From a virus, in UHGV virus genome UHGV-0142425: 64,000 nucleotides of DNA. One strand, given 5' to 3'. Below the pieces are notes generated by a model. That model ran no database searches. It was not told where the DNA came from and was given only the letters and a program-made list of their open reading frames with translations. The stretch's first letter is position 1. Each line of letters begins with the position of its first letter. A program made the position numbers and the translations under genes. Shown piece after piece: positions 23,130 through 34,147 of this stretch.

Positions 23130-23798
23130 TTATAGAATATTATTCTTTCCGGTGAGTATTCCTTGAGGAACTCTAGCGCATCCCATAATTTGAGTTTTCT
23201 TGATGATGTTTATATATGACGCTATCAGCGATGAGTCATCACGACTATCCACTTCACAAGCCATTGCCCTGATGTAGTCGGCGCTGGCAACGTTGTTGTA
23301 TTCCGTCGCAAAGCAACAGAGTAACGTCAGAACATGCTCTGTCGTTATTTCGCTCCAATTGATGTTGAAAAATTCATCGCCTTTTTTATCGTGTTCGGAA
23401 TCGAAGATGCTTTGGTGGAGGATGTATTTGCCGGATTCCTTGCGCGGTAACTTGATTGCTTTCTGGCGTTCCAGCTCCTTATAAATCTGCATTGCCTCAA
23501 TTAGTACCGGCCTGCCGTTCATGAAGGGATCGCGCAACCTTACACGCTGGCCAACTCGACCAGTAATAAAGCTGTTTTCCTCTTCCACCAGCACGATAAA
23601 ACCCTTTTCCTCTTTTTCTCGCAATTCGCGCAGCAGCTGGAGTTCCATGTCGCGGCGGCGTTCAGGGTAGCTGGTCCGCTCAGCCATTATCAGCTCGTTA
23701 TTGATCCATGCAGCAGTCATTGACGCCGGTTTGCCGACGCTCATCGAAACAACGCATATTTTCTTATCCATAGCGCCCCTACAAAAAAGAAAAGCCAC
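23130..23798 (-). CDS. mat: Mat-like particle maturation protein
   Basis: 222 aa ORF (likely start at MDKKICVV); position next to ref as in P1. Confidence 0.5.
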   Translation of the reverse strand: MAFLFCRGAMDKKICVVSMSVGKPASMTAAWINNELIMAERTSYPERRRDMELQLLRELREKEEKGFIVLVEEENSFITGRVGQRVRLRDPFMNGRPVLIEAMQIYKELERQKAIKLPRKESGKYILHQSIFDSEHDKKGDEFFNINWSEITTEHVLTLLCCFATEYNNVASADYIRAMACEVDSRDDSSLIASYINIIKKTQIMGCARVPQGILTGKNNIL

Positions 23799-23959
23799 CA
23801 GCGGCGGCTTAGCAATACAACTGAAGGTAGCGCCCGGTACTCAGACTGTGCCGTCCATGGAATATTTGAAAAGGGATCCATCCGTACCGGGCGTGTGATG
23901 ATTCTGACTGAAGTCACTTGTCAGTTGTCAATTATTTATCATTAAAAATAATATATTTA

Positions 23960-24520
23960 TTAGTGCATTATGTTTGCCATCTCATAGGCGTCAGCCAGTA
24001 ACTCCATCTCTGACTTGTTCAGCAGGGTGAATTCTTTCTTGCCTCCAACCACACCATCGGCATGAACAGGGACCAGCCAGGGATATTTTGCTCTTACTTC
24101 AGCCGGTGCTGCATGCTGGTGGTGCCATCTACAAAGTGGCAATTGCTTTTTATGACAACCCGGCGCGGTACGACCGGCGATATGGTGCAGAGATACCTCA
24201 TTAGATATTACTCCATGCATATAGCAGGCAATGCAGGGGAGAGCGCCAAGAGCATTGGCGATGCGCCGTTCCTCCGCCGTTGGTGTTCTCCCCTTCAAGC
24301 CACGAGATTTTATTTTTACCGCGCTTTTCCGCGTTTTGCTGGCTGGTGGGCGCTCTTTCTGTTTAGCGATACGGCGGTCGATAGTATCTCGCATTTTCTG
24401 ATATTGAGATTCTCGCCAGACCGGATCAGCCAACTTCTCCCGTTGCCGAGCGATCGCTCGTTCTCTGGCTGCCTTCTGCCACTTGCGGCACTGTTCAATT
24501 TTTTGTTCGATTGTTTTCAT
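23960..24520 (-). CDS. ref: Ref recombination enhancement function (HNH endonuclease)
   Basis: 186 aa; basic N-terminus, Cys/His-rich HNH core CIACYMHG..HHIAGRT..CRWHHQ. Confidence 0.85.
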   Translation of the reverse strand: MKTIEQKIEQCRKWQKAARERAIARQREKLADPVWRESQYQKMRDTIDRRIAKQKERPPASKTRKSAVKIKSRGLKGRTPTAEERRIANALGALPCIACYMHGVISNEVSLHHIAGRTAPGCHKKQLPLCRWHHQHAAPAEVRAKYPWLVPVHADGVVGGKKEFTLLNKSEMELLADAYEMANIMH

Positions 24521-24618
24521 ATGGTCAAAAAAAAGGCGGCCTAATGGCCGCCTATGATGTCAAGGAGTTAAGTAATGGCACGTCTTCGTAGTTGACAAAA
24601 ACTGCGGCTCAATTATAA

Positions 24619-24635
24619 CAATCAATTAGAGCAAT
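24619..24635. promoter_or_regulatory. C1 operator upstream of ref
   Basis: Core ATTAGAGCAAT at 24625-24635; ref is C1-repressed in P1. Confidence 0.6.
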
Positions 24636-24767
24636 GGTAGCTATTTTATTTGTCGCGAATCACATTTTTTCTCTTCAGTGCCTGTGTGCTATACTCCTTC
24701 TTGATTGATTGGATGCGGAATACAAACCCGCTCTTTTGTGCAGCCTGGCTCCTTGCCAGGCTTTTTT

Positions 24768-25079
24768 TTATTTCATCATGGAAGCTGTTAATGCTTTGGA
24801 CCTTGCTGAACTGATTGAGAGGGCTTTGTCAACGTGCCCCAAAAATTCGCCAAACTCAGACATCACTTTGGCAAAACCGCGCCGTGCTTCTTCCTCGGTG
24901 GCATTCATCACGAAATGTTCAGCACTACGCATACTTTTGACAGGGAACGCAACGGATATTGAGTCAATATCAGGCATTCTATCGCTCAACTTTACAGTGA
25001 CAATGACGGCTGGCGACTGAATATTAGTGCTTACAGACAGCACTACACATTTTCCGTCGATGTTGAAATCCTTTCTCAT
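24768..25079 (-). CDS. cra: Cra-like (cre-associated) protein
   Basis: 103 aa ORF between cre and ref; P1 synteny. Confidence 0.5.
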   Translation of the reverse strand: MRKDFNIDGKCVVLSVSTNIQSPAVIVTVKLSDRMPDIDSISVAFPVKSMRSAEHFVMNATEEEARRGFAKVMSEFGEFLGHVDKALSISSARSKALTASMMK

Positions 25080-25095
25080 ATGCCACCATAAATAT

Positions 25096-25112
25096 CAAAT
25101 AATTAGAGCAAT
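25096..25112. promoter_or_regulatory. C1 operator-like site between cre stop and cra start
   Basis: Core ATTAGAGCAAT at 25102-25112. Confidence 0.5.
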
Positions 25113-25129
25113 TTACTATACATTGACGG

Positions 25130-26161
25130 CTAATCGCCATCTTCCAGCAGGCGCACCATTGCCCCCGTTTCACTATCCAGATTACGGATATAGTTCATGA
25201 CAATATTTACGTTGGTCCAGCCACCAGCTTGCATGATCTCCGGTATTGAAACTCCGGCGCGGGCCATATCTCGCGCGGCTCCGACACGGGCACTGTGTCC
25301 AGACCAGGCCAGGTACCTCTGACCAGAGTCATCCTTAGCCCCGTAAATCAATCGGTGAGTTGCTTCAAAAATCCCTTCCAGGGCGCGAGTTGATAGCTGG
25401 CTGGTGGATGATGGCGAGGCAACACCATTTTTTCTGACCCGGCAAAACAAGTAGTTATTCGGATCATCAGCCACACCAGAGACAGAAATCCATCGCTCGA
25501 CCAGTTTAGTTACCCCCAGGCTAAGTGCCTTCTCTACACCTGCGGTGCTAACCAGCGTTTTCGTTCTGCCAATATGGATTAACATTCTCCCACCGTCAGT
25601 ACGTGAGATATCTTTAACCCTGATCCTGGCAATTTCGGCTATACGTAACAGGGTGTTATAAGCAATCCCCAGAAATGCCAGATTACGTATATCCTGGCAG
25701 CGATCGCTATTTTCCATGAGTGAACGAACCTGGTCGAAATCAGTGCGTTCGAACGCTAGTGCCTGTTTTGCACGTTCACCGGCATCAACGTTTTCTTTTC
25801 GGATCCTCCGCATGACCAGTGAAACAGCATTGCTGTCACTTGGTCGTGGCAGCCCGGACCGACGATGAAGCATGTTTAGCTGGCCCAAATGTTGCTGGAT
25901 AGTTTTTACTGCCAGACCGCGCGCCTGAAGATATAGAAGATAATCGCGAACATCTTCAGGTTCTGCGGGAAACCATTTCCGGTTATTCAACTTGCACCAT
26001 GCCGCCCATGACCGGCAAACGGACAGAAGCATTTTCCAGGTATGCTCAGAAAAAGCCTGGCGATCCCTGAACATATCCATCAGGTTCTTGCGAACCTCAT
26101 CACTCGTTGCATCGACCGGCAATGCAGGCAAATTTTGGTGTACGGTCAGTAAATTGGACAT
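25130..26161 (-). CDS. cre: Cre tyrosine site-specific recombinase
   Basis: 343 aa, MSNLLTVHQNLPALPVD...; C-terminal catalytic region with HSARVGAARD and MNYIR; adjacent exact loxP. Confidence 0.97.
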   Translation of the reverse strand: MSNLLTVHQNLPALPVDATSDEVRKNLMDMFRDRQAFSEHTWKMLLSVCRSWAAWCKLNNRKWFPAEPEDVRDYLLYLQARGLAVKTIQQHLGQLNMLHRRSGLPRPSDSNAVSLVMRRIRKENVDAGERAKQALAFERTDFDQVRSLMENSDRCQDIRNLAFLGIAYNTLLRIAEIARIRVKDISRTDGGRMLIHIGRTKTLVSTAGVEKALSLGVTKLVERWISVSGVADDPNNYLFCRVRKNGVASPSSTSQLSTRALEGIFEATHRLIYGAKDDSGQRYLAWSGHSARVGAARDMARAGVSIPEIMQAGGWTNVNIVMNYIRNLDSETGAMVRLLEDGD

Positions 26162-26579
26162 TTAACACTCAGATAATGGTTTTAAGTAAAGTGTACAGGA
26201 TCGGCTCTGCCTTTACCTGTTTATGGTTCTCGTCATAGAAACGCCAGCGACCGCGCGTGCGTTCTATCTTTTCTTCACCGCGCGATAATGACAGTTGGCA
26301 ACTATCACGATCAAACCCTTTTGCCCGCCAGTAACCACGATTTTTCTCAAGCTCAAGATGAGTGGACACTTTAGCAGCTGAATATCCCATTTTTCACCTC
26401 TGATTGATTGGTGGTGCTAAGTGCGCTACGCGAAATCTGGAACACTAACACTGCCAACTTTTCACAGATTTTACGTAGCGCAACCTTGATCAAATGATCA
26501 AGTGATCACTATTTGACCTGATAAGGTATTGAACTGTATGGATTTACAGGTAAATTGATCATGTTCAATAACCCTTAAG

Positions 26580-26613
26580 ATAACTTCGTATAATGTATGC
26601 TATACGAAGTTAT
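26580..26613. other. loxP site
   Basis: Exact ATAACTTCGTATA-ATGTATGC-TATACGAAGTTAT. Confidence 0.97.
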
Positions 26614-26656
26614 TAGGTCCGAAGAGGAGTTTACGTCCAGCTGCGCATAAAAATCA

Positions 26657-26673
26657 AGAATTATTAGAGCAAT
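26657..26673. promoter_or_regulatory. C1 operator (ImmC region)
   Basis: Core ATTAGAGCAAT at 26663-26673. Confidence 0.6.
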
Positions 26674-26733
26674 AAATTTTGAGAGAAAAATCCCACTCCA
26701 CCAGCCAAAAACTGGATTGTTTTTCATAGTTGT

Positions 26734-26760
26734 TTGACAATTGCTCTAATAAATTATAGT
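26734..26760 (+). promoter_or_regulatory. C1-repressible promoter: TTGACA -35, operator ATTGCTCTAATAAATTA in the spacer, TATAGT -10
   Basis: TTGACA 26734-26739, 17-bp operator 26740-26756 (1 mismatch to consensus), TATAGT about 26755-26760; reads toward coi/c1. Confidence 0.65.
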
Positions 26761-26994
26761 TTTGCCGCCGTTTCGTAATACGACTTTGGATTCACTATTT
26801 AATGTGTCTTCAGCGTTGTAGAGCGGCTCAGAAGGAAATGAGCAAACAGGGAAACCTTATACAACGGCATTACAGCTATGCATTGCTCATCTTACACACA
26901 GCGCAATGTTGTTAGATTACCCCAGCATGGATCATGGGTGAAACAGTAGGTCAGAGCTTCAGGCTCTGTGTTGTCAATACAGTGAGGCATAATT

Positions 26995-27204
26995 ATGGCT
27001 TTCATTCCACCAACCATCGACGACGTTAGACATTGCTCTAACGCTTTATCTGTAGACCCCGCCGAAACCGACGCTGCCCGCGCCATTGCTGAACACTACT
27101 CAAAGATATCCAATCAGGAGTACCGCATCACCCAAGACGACCTGGATGATCTCACTGACACAATCGAATATCTCATGGCCACTAACCAGCCAGACTCACA
27201 ATAA
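26995..27204 (+). CDS. coi: Coi, C1 inactivator
   Basis: 69 aa ORF immediately upstream of c1. Confidence 0.8.
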   Translation: MAFIPPTIDDVRHCSNALSVDPAETDAARAIAEHYSKISNQEYRITQDDLDDLTDTIEYLMATNQPDSQ

Positions 27205-27314
27205 ATGCACTAATAAATCTATTATTTTCGTTGGATCCTTCTATAATGGTGGCCAACAACTCCCAGTGTAATCCGCTGTGAGTTGTTGGCCATGTCAATT
27301 CTGGAGGAGGATCA

Positions 27315-28166
27315 ATGATAAATTATGTCTACGGCGAACAACTGTACCAGGAGTTCGTCAGCTTCAGGGATCTCTTTCTAAAAAAAGCTGTTGCACGCGC
27401 CCAACACGTTGATGCCGCCAGCGACGGTCGTCCTGTTCGCCCGGTTGTCGTTCTGCCGTTCAAAGAAACGGACAGCATTCAGGCTGAAATTGATAAATGG
27501 ACTTTAATGGCGCGGGAACTGGAACAGTACCCAGACCTCAATATCCCAAAGACTATTTTATATCCAGTGCCTAACATCCTTCGCGGTGTGCGTAAGGTTA
27601 CAACTTATCAGACAGAAGCTGTGAACAGCGTCAACATGACCGCTGGCCGCATTATTCATCTGATTGATAAGGACATTCGCATCCAGAAAAGCGCGGGGAT
27701 CAATGAGCACAGTGCGAAATACATAGAGAACCTGGAAGCAACAAAAGAGCTAATGAAGCAGTACCCGGAGGATGAAAAATTCCGTATGCGTGTACACGGC
27801 TTTAGCGAAACAATGCTGCGCGTCCATTACATTTCCAGTAGCCCTAACTACAATGATGGTAAATCAGTTAGTTACCATGTGCCGCTGTGTGGTGTGTTTA
27901 TCTGCGATGAAACTCTCCGTGATGGAATCATCATCAACGGTGAATTCGAGAAAGCAAAATTTAGCCTTTATGACTCTATAGAACCGATCATCTGCGACCG
28001 CTGGCCGCAGGCAAAAATATATCGCCTGGCAGATATTGAAAATGTAAAAAAACAAATTGCCATCACTCGCGAAGAGAAAAAGGTCAAATCAGCCGCATCA
28101 GTTACGCGCAGCCGTAAAACTAAGAAGGGGCAGCCAGTAAACGACAACCCCGAAAGCGCGCAATAG
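27315..28166 (+). CDS. c1: C1 repressor of lytic functions
   Basis: 283 aa, MINYVYGEQLYQEF...; the cognate operator sequence recurs across the window. Confidence 0.93.
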   Translation: MINYVYGEQLYQEFVSFRDLFLKKAVARAQHVDAASDGRPVRPVVVLPFKETDSIQAEIDKWTLMARELEQYPDLNIPKTILYPVPNILRGVRKVTTYQTEAVNSVNMTAGRIIHLIDKDIRIQKSAGINEHSAKYIENLEATKELMKQYPEDEKFRMRVHGFSETMLRVHYISSSPNYNDGKSVSYHVPLCGVFICDETLRDGIIINGEFEKAKFSLYDSIEPIICDRWPQAKIYRLADIENVKKQIAITREEKKVKSAASVTRSRKTKKGQPVNDNPESAQ

Positions 28167-28190
28167 TTTCTATCCGGCATGGTCAATGAG

Positions 28191-29675
28191 TTATTCATTA
28201 AGCCATGCCAGAGCTTCATCAACCTGCGCTTCGTCTTCGACGCTAAGCACTTCATCCTGGGGAACATAATCCGCCAGCATAGCGAAACAATATGTATCCC
28301 AATGGTCTGGTGAGTGCAGGTTGAGTTTTTTCTTCATATCCTCCTTACTCATCACCTTCCATTGACCTGCGGAGTTAATCCCTACAGGGATTTTCGACGC
28401 TTCCTCAATAGTTTCATTACCCTTATCCAGTCTCATACGACCAGATTTTACGGCCTCTGCGGCTTGAACGTTGGCATAAGCACGTTTATCAAAGTACAGG
28501 CTCTTATCTTCACGGCTATGCATCTTTTTACCCCAGCGTATACGCTGTACGGTAATACCATAATACTCGTACATCAGATCCGCCGTTGCTTTACCCAAGC
28601 CATCGCCGTCTATCGCTATGGTGATATTTGGGAATCGCTCAGGATTGCATTCTGCGAAAATTTTGGCGGCAAGCTGCGTTTCTGTAACGTCTGTGTATTC
28701 CAGCATTCGATAGTTGATTACACGGCGTTTATTTCGCTGGCCGGACACCATCATGATATTGATAACGGACTTATCCCGTCCCGTACCACCAGCAACGTCC
28801 ACACATGCAAGCCAGCCCCATCCTTTGGCAATCTTGACTTTCCGCCGCGTTGCACGTTCAACCTCATCACGTCCAAGAAGGAAGCCATCCTGTGATTTAG
28901 GGAATAGGCCGCGTACCTTAATCATGTACATAGGGTTATCACGCCCGCCGTACTCCGCCAGCTTCATTTTGATAAATGCTGGCGTTACCAGCGGTGATTC
29001 CTCACTGTTAAGCGTGATCGCCGTATAAACGCCATCAGGGTTACCAGGACGCTTGGCCAGTTTATGGTGTGTATCGTAGAAATAGCCGCTTGGGCGTGTA
29101 GGCTGTGACAGTAATAAGATGCGGTTATCCTGTCCGGTAAGAGCACCGGTGATGATACCGAAAGCTCTATCACTGACACCGGAGGCTTCATCGATAATAT
29201 ACAGAAGATGATCTGCGTGTTCACCGGCGAGAGCTTCTTCACTTCCCAAACGAAAGCCCTTCGGTACTACAGTCCATACACCTTTACCAGTAACCTCATA
29301 GAAAGCGGTTTCTGTCAGAACAAAATAATCAGCAAGCCATGGGAAACGGCTGGTGGCAGTAGCCCAGTTTATCTTGATGTACTTGAATATACCGGTCATT
29401 ACCTGCTGAATTTTGTTCGCAACGATAATGGCGCGGGCACCGGGATACATGATTATGAACAACATGATCATGATAGAAGTCATGTCTGATTTCCCGGTAC
29501 CGTGACCAGACGAAACAGATGTCTTGCTACCCTGTTCCTGCACAGACTCAATAATCAGATCCTGCTGCCAGGTAGGTGTTTTGCCGAACAAAACATCAGC
29601 GGCAGCAATCCAGTCATAACGATATAGCGCCACCAGCTCGCGCCAACGTGGATCCGTTACGCAACTTCTGGCCAT
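28191..29675 (-). CDS. pacB: terminase large subunit PacB
   Basis: 494 aa; Walker [10 protein letters not shown], Walker [12 protein letters not shown]-terminal nuclease domain. Confidence 0.9.
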   Translation of the reverse strand: MARSCVTDPRWRELVALYRYDWIAAADVLFGKTPTWQQDLIIESVQEQGSKTSVSSGHGTGKSDMTSIMIMLFIIMYPGARAIIVANKIQQVMTGIFKYIKINWATATSRFPWLADYFVLTETAFYEVTGKGVWTVVPKGFRLGSEEALAGEHADHLLYIIDEASGVSDRAFGIITGALTGQDNRILLLSQPTRPSGYFYDTHHKLAKRPGNPDGVYTAITLNSEESPLVTPAFIKMKLAEYGGRDNPMYMIKVRGLFPKSQDGFLLGRDEVERATRRKVKIAKGWGWLACVDVAGGTGRDKSVINIMMVSGQRNKRRVINYRMLEYTDVTETQLAAKIFAECNPERFPNITIAIDGDGLGKATADLMYEYYGITVQRIRWGKKMHSREDKSLYFDKRAYANVQAAEAVKSGRMRLDKGNETIEEASKIPVGINSAGQWKVMSKEDMKKKLNLHSPDHWDTYCFAMLADYVPQDEVLSVEDEAQVDEALAWLNE

Positions 29676-30868
29676 TAATCATCATCCCCGTATAGCTTGC
29701 GGGTAACTTCTTCGTCTTCCTCCTCGTCTTCGTCCAGGTCTTGTTCCAGCCATGGGTCGTTTGATACACCTTCAGTATCAACATCTCCATAACCGCCTGT
29801 ATCAACGATATCGGCGATTTCTTCCCTACGCTGCTCAATCCACAATGCGGCATCGGCGCGGCGGTTGGCGGCCCGTTCTCGCGCAACTTTGTCCAGATCT
29901 TCAAGAGAAGGGCCACCGACGGCTGTTTGCCTTTCCTCATCATCGGTATTGGTCTTCGGAGCACGCAGATCGGCTTTGATTTGCTCCAGCATCAGGGGCG
30001 GCACTTTCCCGCCATGCGCCTCGATGAATTCAGCTGCTTCCAGCACTGACCAGTTATTTTCACGCTTTCGTTCGTATGCCAGCTTAACAATGCCAGCTTG
30101 CCCCATAGATAAAGCGTGCTTTTCCGCCTCCCGGCTTTCTTTTCGATAGTTATTCCGGATGCTGTAAATGGTGTTGATCAGGCTGCTTATCTGCGCGGAA
30201 CAGCTGTTTAGCATGCTCGCGATACGGTATTCAGGCGGAGTACCTTCATCATCGGCTTTTTGCTGATCGCGCATTTCCTGCACCAAGCGAATACACGTAT
30301 CCCTGGCGTTCTCCAGCATAAGGAGATGAGAAAGAGACTTTTCAAGAAGAGTGGTTTCCAGAACATCGGCCCCGGACCGACGCAACATAGCGCGCGCGGC
30401 CTTCCGCGCTTCAACGTTATCTATCAGGTAATCGCCAGCTTCAAATTCAAAGCGTTCACCATCATCATCCAGGGTGTCGCGTTCCAGGCGATCACGTAAG
30501 GTCCGGTGGGCGCGGGTGATCACGTCATGATCATCTGAACGATCATTTATGCGCTTATTTTGGCGCTTCGCATTCTCTACTGCGGCACTGACAACGGCAT
30601 TAACTCTTTGTTTTTCCGCTATTTCCGCCGCAATGTGATCACCTGAATGTTGATCATTAGAGTGATCAATGATCATGCTTTTTAGTGGCTTCCTGACTGG
30701 CTTATTTGGCTTGCGGCTGTCCGCTGTCCTGGTGTCTTCTTTGAAGGCACGGAGATAACGACGTGCGGTATTAGGGTTAAGATTAAACTCGGCGGCATAC
30801 TGTGCGATGGTGTAACCACCATCTCGCGCCAGGCGAGCAAAATTCTTCTTGTGATCGTCCCAGGTCAC
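29675..30868 (-). CDS. pacA: terminase small subunit PacA (contains pac site)
   Basis: 397 aa, N-terminal HTH, acidic C-terminus; stop overlaps pacB start; GATC hexamer clusters inside the 5' part. Confidence 0.85.
   Translation of the reverse strand: MTWDDHKKNFARLARDGGYTIAQYAAEFNLNPNTARRYLRAFKEDTRTADSRKPNKPVRKPLKSMIIDHSNDQHSGDHIAAEIAEKQRVNAVVSAAVENAKRQNKRINDRSDDHDVITRAHRTLRDRLERDTLDDDGERFEFEAGDYLIDNVEARKAARAMLRRSGADVLETTLLEKSLSHLLMLENARDTCIRLVQEMRDQQKADDEGTPPEYRIASMLNSCSAQISSLINTIYSIRNNYRKESREAEKHALSMGQAGIVKLAYERKRENNWSVLEAAEFIEAHGGKVPPLMLEQIKADLRAPKTNTDDEERQTAVGGPSLEDLDKVARERAANRRADAALWIEQRREEIADIVDTGGYGDVDTEGVSNDPWLEQDLDEDEEEDEEVTRKLYGDDD
30490..30690. other. pac packaging site: two clusters of TGATCA/G hexamers separated by about 90 bp
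   Basis: Hexamers at about 30491, 30528, 30539, 30551 and 30646, 30662, 30674, 30681; each contains a Dam GATC. Confidence 0.65.
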
Positions 30869-30953
30869 TTATGCTTCCTTTCGTAAAAACTCTTTTTGAC
30901 GCGAGGGTAACGAAAGTCACATGTCAAAAGGCCCGGAACGGGCAAGCAATCAA

Positions 30954-31406
30954 TCAGATACGTGCGGATGTGGCATTACCGTAATTACGGTGCTGACGGG
31001 CCACCTTATTGAAAAGTTGACGCGCCATTACCCAAGGCTGGTGCTCCCGGCGTTCCTTTTCGTCCTGCGTCATATAGAGTTCGTTCTGGAGTTTTTCATC
31101 AAACCGGCGCGGTGCGCGGCTGCGGCGAAAGAATTCAGGGTTCAGAGAGTGGATCTGAAATCTACGTGGGCGTGTACTGTCATCAATCAAAACAGACGAA
31201 TACTTAGACACAGCGATAGCCTTTAAGCGCAGATAAACGTCGCGCTTATCGACATCCAGATGCGGGTATTCCTTTTCAAGGATTGCTGCGAGTTCTTTCG
31301 CTGATAGAAGAGATTTAGTGCGGATCATGTAATCCGCAATCTCATACGATGTTATTCGTGAGTGATTTATTTCCATGAAGTGGCGTCCCTGCCAGTTAAG
31401 TAACAT
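30954..31406 (-). CDS. lpa: Lpa-like late promoter activator
   Basis: 150 aa ORF adjacent to pacA; preceded by a C1 operator; P1 synteny. Confidence 0.5.
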   Translation of the reverse strand: MLLNWQGRHFMEINHSRITSYEIADYMIRTKSLLSAKELAAILEKEYPHLDVDKRDVYLRLKAIAVSKYSSVLIDDSTRPRRFQIHSLNPEFFRRSRAPRRFDEKLQNELYMTQDEKERREHQPWVMARQLFNKVARQHRNYGNATSARI

Positions 31407-31476
31407 CCTGTCACCTACTGATTAGCCCATGTCAACTAATCAACGTGGAATATAATACCCTCGATTAAAGAAATAG

Positions 31477-31493
31477 CAACACATTAGAGCAAT
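31477..31493. promoter_or_regulatory. C1 operator upstream of lpa-like gene
   Basis: Core ATTAGAGCAAT at 31483-31493. Confidence 0.55.
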
Positions 31494-31494
31494 T

Positions 31495-32538
31495 TTATCT
31501 AACGCTCGACGAATGACTTGTGATAGCGCCGACTCCAAGCGCGTAATCAAAGAACAATCGTTGATGCATCGCCAGCCTGCCGTGTGTTTTCTCCCAATTA
31601 TCGCGGTCACGCTCAATATCACGCTGGCATGACTGGCACAGAGGAATCGCATAAATGTCATGCGCGCATAATCGACTATGACGAACGATATAAGGCGTAA
31701 TGTGAGCGCCAGCTCCCGCAGCTCCACACCCACAGCATGGACGGGAAGCAACAAAGTCCATGTACTCAGGTAATTTTAGCGATTGCAGTTTTGGTATTTT
31801 GAAATGCGCCATGCCAGGGTCGGAGTCAACATCCACAGGGCATACTTTTGCTCGCATCGGCGCGGCGCGTTCTTCCATCATCTGAACATATGCTGTAGCG
31901 CGATCGTCATACGGGCGAATATCCGCCTCTTTCAGAGGCCCGCTATCCTGCGTTGCAGTCTTAATCTTATTTATTGATATACGGCAGACTTCTTCCGGCA
32001 TCAGGTGCATCATGTCGCGCATGAAAGCCCACCAGCACAGTTCCTGAATACTTAAATCATGGCCATCTGAAAGCCCCATTTCCTGACGGGCGACATCCAG
32101 TATCCAGTTAACGCGATTATTATGCAGCGTTTCTTTCAGCTCATTAAGACCACGCATCCGGTAATGGTTATCGTGATGCCAGCACAACAACACCGCGCTA
32201 TTGTCTCGTTCTGCGTGGACAATATGGTTGTCACACCAGCTCCGATCTGCGGCCTGGCATTGCCCCTCTTTCCTGCGCAACCACGCCACCAGCGCGTCAA
32301 TTCCACCAATACGGCGAAACAGTTCATCGCTGTTAAAAAACGGCTGCAACGCCTCATTTGTTGCCATAGTTTGCTCGGAAACAACGAGGCCGTCGTCCAT
32401 GTGCTCGATTAACTCACGCGGCACCGGCTCCATAATAAATTTACGGCCAGCCTCCACCAGCTTTCTGACTTCCTGATCCACTTTGAATGTGGCGACGCCA
32501 AGCTCTTTTTGTACAAAGGGAGTAATTACGGCTTTCAC
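31495..32538 (-). CDS. hypothetical Cys-rich protein (position of P1 pdcB)
   Basis: 347 aa ORF, C-terminal CCGCG...CQSCQ cluster. Confidence 0.5.
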   Translation of the reverse strand: MKAVITPFVQKELGVATFKVDQEVRKLVEAGRKFIMEPVPRELIEHMDDGLVVSEQTMATNEALQPFFNSDELFRRIGGIDALVAWLRRKEGQCQAADRSWCDNHIVHAERDNSAVLLCWHHDNHYRMRGLNELKETLHNNRVNWILDVARQEMGLSDGHDLSIQELCWWAFMRDMMHLMPEEVCRISINKIKTATQDSGPLKEADIRPYDDRATAYVQMMEERAAPMRAKVCPVDVDSDPGMAHFKIPKLQSLKLPEYMDFVASRPCCGCGAAGAGAHITPYIVRHSRLCAHDIYAIPLCQSCQRDIERDRDNWEKTHGRLAMHQRLFFDYALGVGAITSHSSSVR

Positions 32539-32565
32539 ATCACACCTTTCATCACTGATTGGGCT

Positions 32566-32766
32566 TTATCTGCTGCCCGGCATTCTCTGTTTAAGCACAA
32601 CCATTTCCTGACGACATAACACAGCAATAGCAATCCTGGCTCCAATTTGCTTACCAACCAGGTATTGCTTTACCTCGCGGCGACTCACGCCATCAAGAAG
32701 CATCTTTAACGCTTCACGGGACAATTTGTTGTATTTACGTGCCATTAATCTACTCCGCGGAACCAT
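32566..32766 (-). CDS. small hypothetical protein
   Basis: 66 aa ORF. Confidence 0.3.
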   Translation of the reverse strand: MVPRSRLMARKYNKLSREALKMLLDGVSRREVKQYLVGKQIGARIAIAVLCRQEMVVLKQRMPGSR

Positions 32767-33025
32767 ACAATCTACGTAGCGTGGTAGCAGTAGATGCAGA
32801 TATCGCCCTTAAAATCTCCTCCTTACTTACATCACTGCGGGAGAGGAGTTCAGAAAGCGATATTTCCTTTAACGACTTTTGCTTCTCTTTGCAGTTCTCG
32901 ACCAGTTCCGCAGGAATAACAAACCTACTATCAATCGGCACAAGTTCATCAAGCGTTTGTTTGGGTACGTTAAACGTAGGATTCTTGAACACCGCAGATT
33001 CGGTCCTTAAGTTAATTTTCGACAT
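32750..33025 (-). CDS. small hypothetical protein
   Basis: 91 aa ORF. Confidence 0.3.
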   Translation of the reverse strand: MSKINLRTESAVFKNPTFNVPKQTLDELVPIDSRFVIPAELVENCKEKQKSLKEISLSELLSRSDVSKEEILRAISASTATTLRRLYGSAE

Positions 33026-33044
33026 TGTTTCGTAACTCCACTAC

Positions 33045-33425
33045 TCAGGTCTTGGAACCATATAGTTCACGTAGCTTTTCTGCGACTGAAGATACGGCGA
33101 TTTCACCAGTTGCAGCCCCTACGGTAAGGTCTACCAGTTCAGGTGAGTCAAATACCTGCACCCCATTACGGCGTAGGAATAGCAGCGCACTGTTTAGCGC
33201 GGTACGCTTATTGGCATCATTGAATATATGCCCTCTCGCAGTAGCCACCAGGTAGGTTGCGGAGACTTCGAAAAGGTCGGTAATCTCTTCGTACACAACT
33301 CTGGCCTGGACTCTCCCGATAATGGCCTCTGCCCTGCCCGGATCTGACATGCCAGGCAGGCCGCCGTAGCGGTTTATATTCGCATCATGAAGCGCAATAA
33401 GTTCTTCCGGTGATATATGCCTCAT
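33045..33425 (-). CDS. doc: Doc toxin (Fic-fold kinase)
   Basis: 126 aa, [17 protein letters not shown]..., Fic-like motif HIFNDANKR. Confidence 0.95.
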   Translation of the reverse strand: MRHISPEELIALHDANINRYGGLPGMSDPGRAEAIIGRVQARVVYEEITDLFEVSATYLVATARGHIFNDANKRTALNSALLFLRRNGVQVFDSPELVDLTVGAATGEIAVSSVAEKLRELYGSKT

Positions 33426-33646
33426 TATCGGTTAACCAGTTCCTTGTTGGTGGAGTCCAGGGTGTCAAACAGGGATGCAAATTCAGCATCCAGCGCCGCT
33501 TTTTTGTAGGCTTCGAAAGTAGCCTTGCTGACAATTACTGCTGGCTCACGGCCTCTGCGGGTGATTTCAACCTCTTCCCCGGCTTCAACATTGTTGAGCA
33601 CTTCAGAAAGGTTGCCGCGCGCGGTACGGAAGTTAATGGATTGCAT
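33425..33646 (-). CDS. phd: Phd antitoxin
   Basis: 73 aa from [16 protein letters not shown]; stop overlaps doc start. Confidence 0.9.
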   Translation of the reverse strand: MQSINFRTARGNLSEVLNNVEAGEEVEITRRGREPAVIVSKATFEAYKKAALDAEFASLFDTLDSTNKELVNR

Positions 33647-33718
33647 AAACACCTCGTGTACTCGTTATGTGTACACAATTATAAACTTCACAGGCATAAA
33701 GCACCAGCACTTTGCAGC

Positions 33719-34108
33719 TTAAATCACCGGACAATCATCAAATTCCCCACTTCGGGCATCATTGATGACATGAGTGATCACACCAAAAACAGCATTACTG
33801 CCCGTGTATCCATCGTCATCCACTGGTAACGCCTCTTTCTTCCCGGTGCTTAAATCCTCCAGGTGCTGGCGCGGATACTTCCGGTATCTCTTTATGCGAT
33901 ATTCACCCTCCATAGCGCACACAAGCAGAGAACCATCAACCGGAGTAAGCGAGGAATCAACCACCAGCAAAGCACCCTGCAATATTCCCTCACGGTGATG
34001 GCTATCAGCTGCCCGCATGAAGTAGGTTGCTGATGGATGCCTGATTAGTTGCTGATCAAGAGAAATTCGGCTTTCAACATAATCCGCCGCAGGAGAAGGG
34101 AAGCCCAT
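33719..34108 (-). CDS. humD: HumD (UmuD'-like SOS mutagenesis protein)
   Basis: 129 aa with UmuD/LexA C-terminal peptidase fold (Ser...Lys); LexA box immediately upstream. Confidence 0.9.
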   Translation of the reverse strand: MGFPSPAADYVESRISLDQQLIRHPSATYFMRAADSHHREGILQGALLVVDSSLTPVDGSLLVCAMEGEYRIKRYRKYPRQHLEDLSTGKKEALPVDDDGYTGSNAVFGVITHVINDARSGEFDDCPVI

Positions 34109-34127
34109 AGCGTTTTCACCTCAATAA

Positions 34128-34147
34128 TACTGTTCATTTATACAGTA
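34128..34147. promoter_or_regulatory. LexA (SOS) box TACTGTTCATTTATACAGTA
   Basis: CTGT-N8-ACAG with AT-rich spacer, in the divergent region between humD and the 193-aa plus-strand gene. Confidence 0.75.

Noticed and set aside
26169-26390. 73-aa minus-strand ORF between cre and loxP
   Set aside because: Overlaps the expected cre promoter region and has no clear RBS; not called as a gene, though a small real ORF cannot be excluded.
26615-26995. Possible small ImmC ORFs (imcA/imcB-like) between loxP and coi
   Set aside because: Only very short frames of about 30-40 codons are visible and I cannot match them to remembered sequences; left unannotated.
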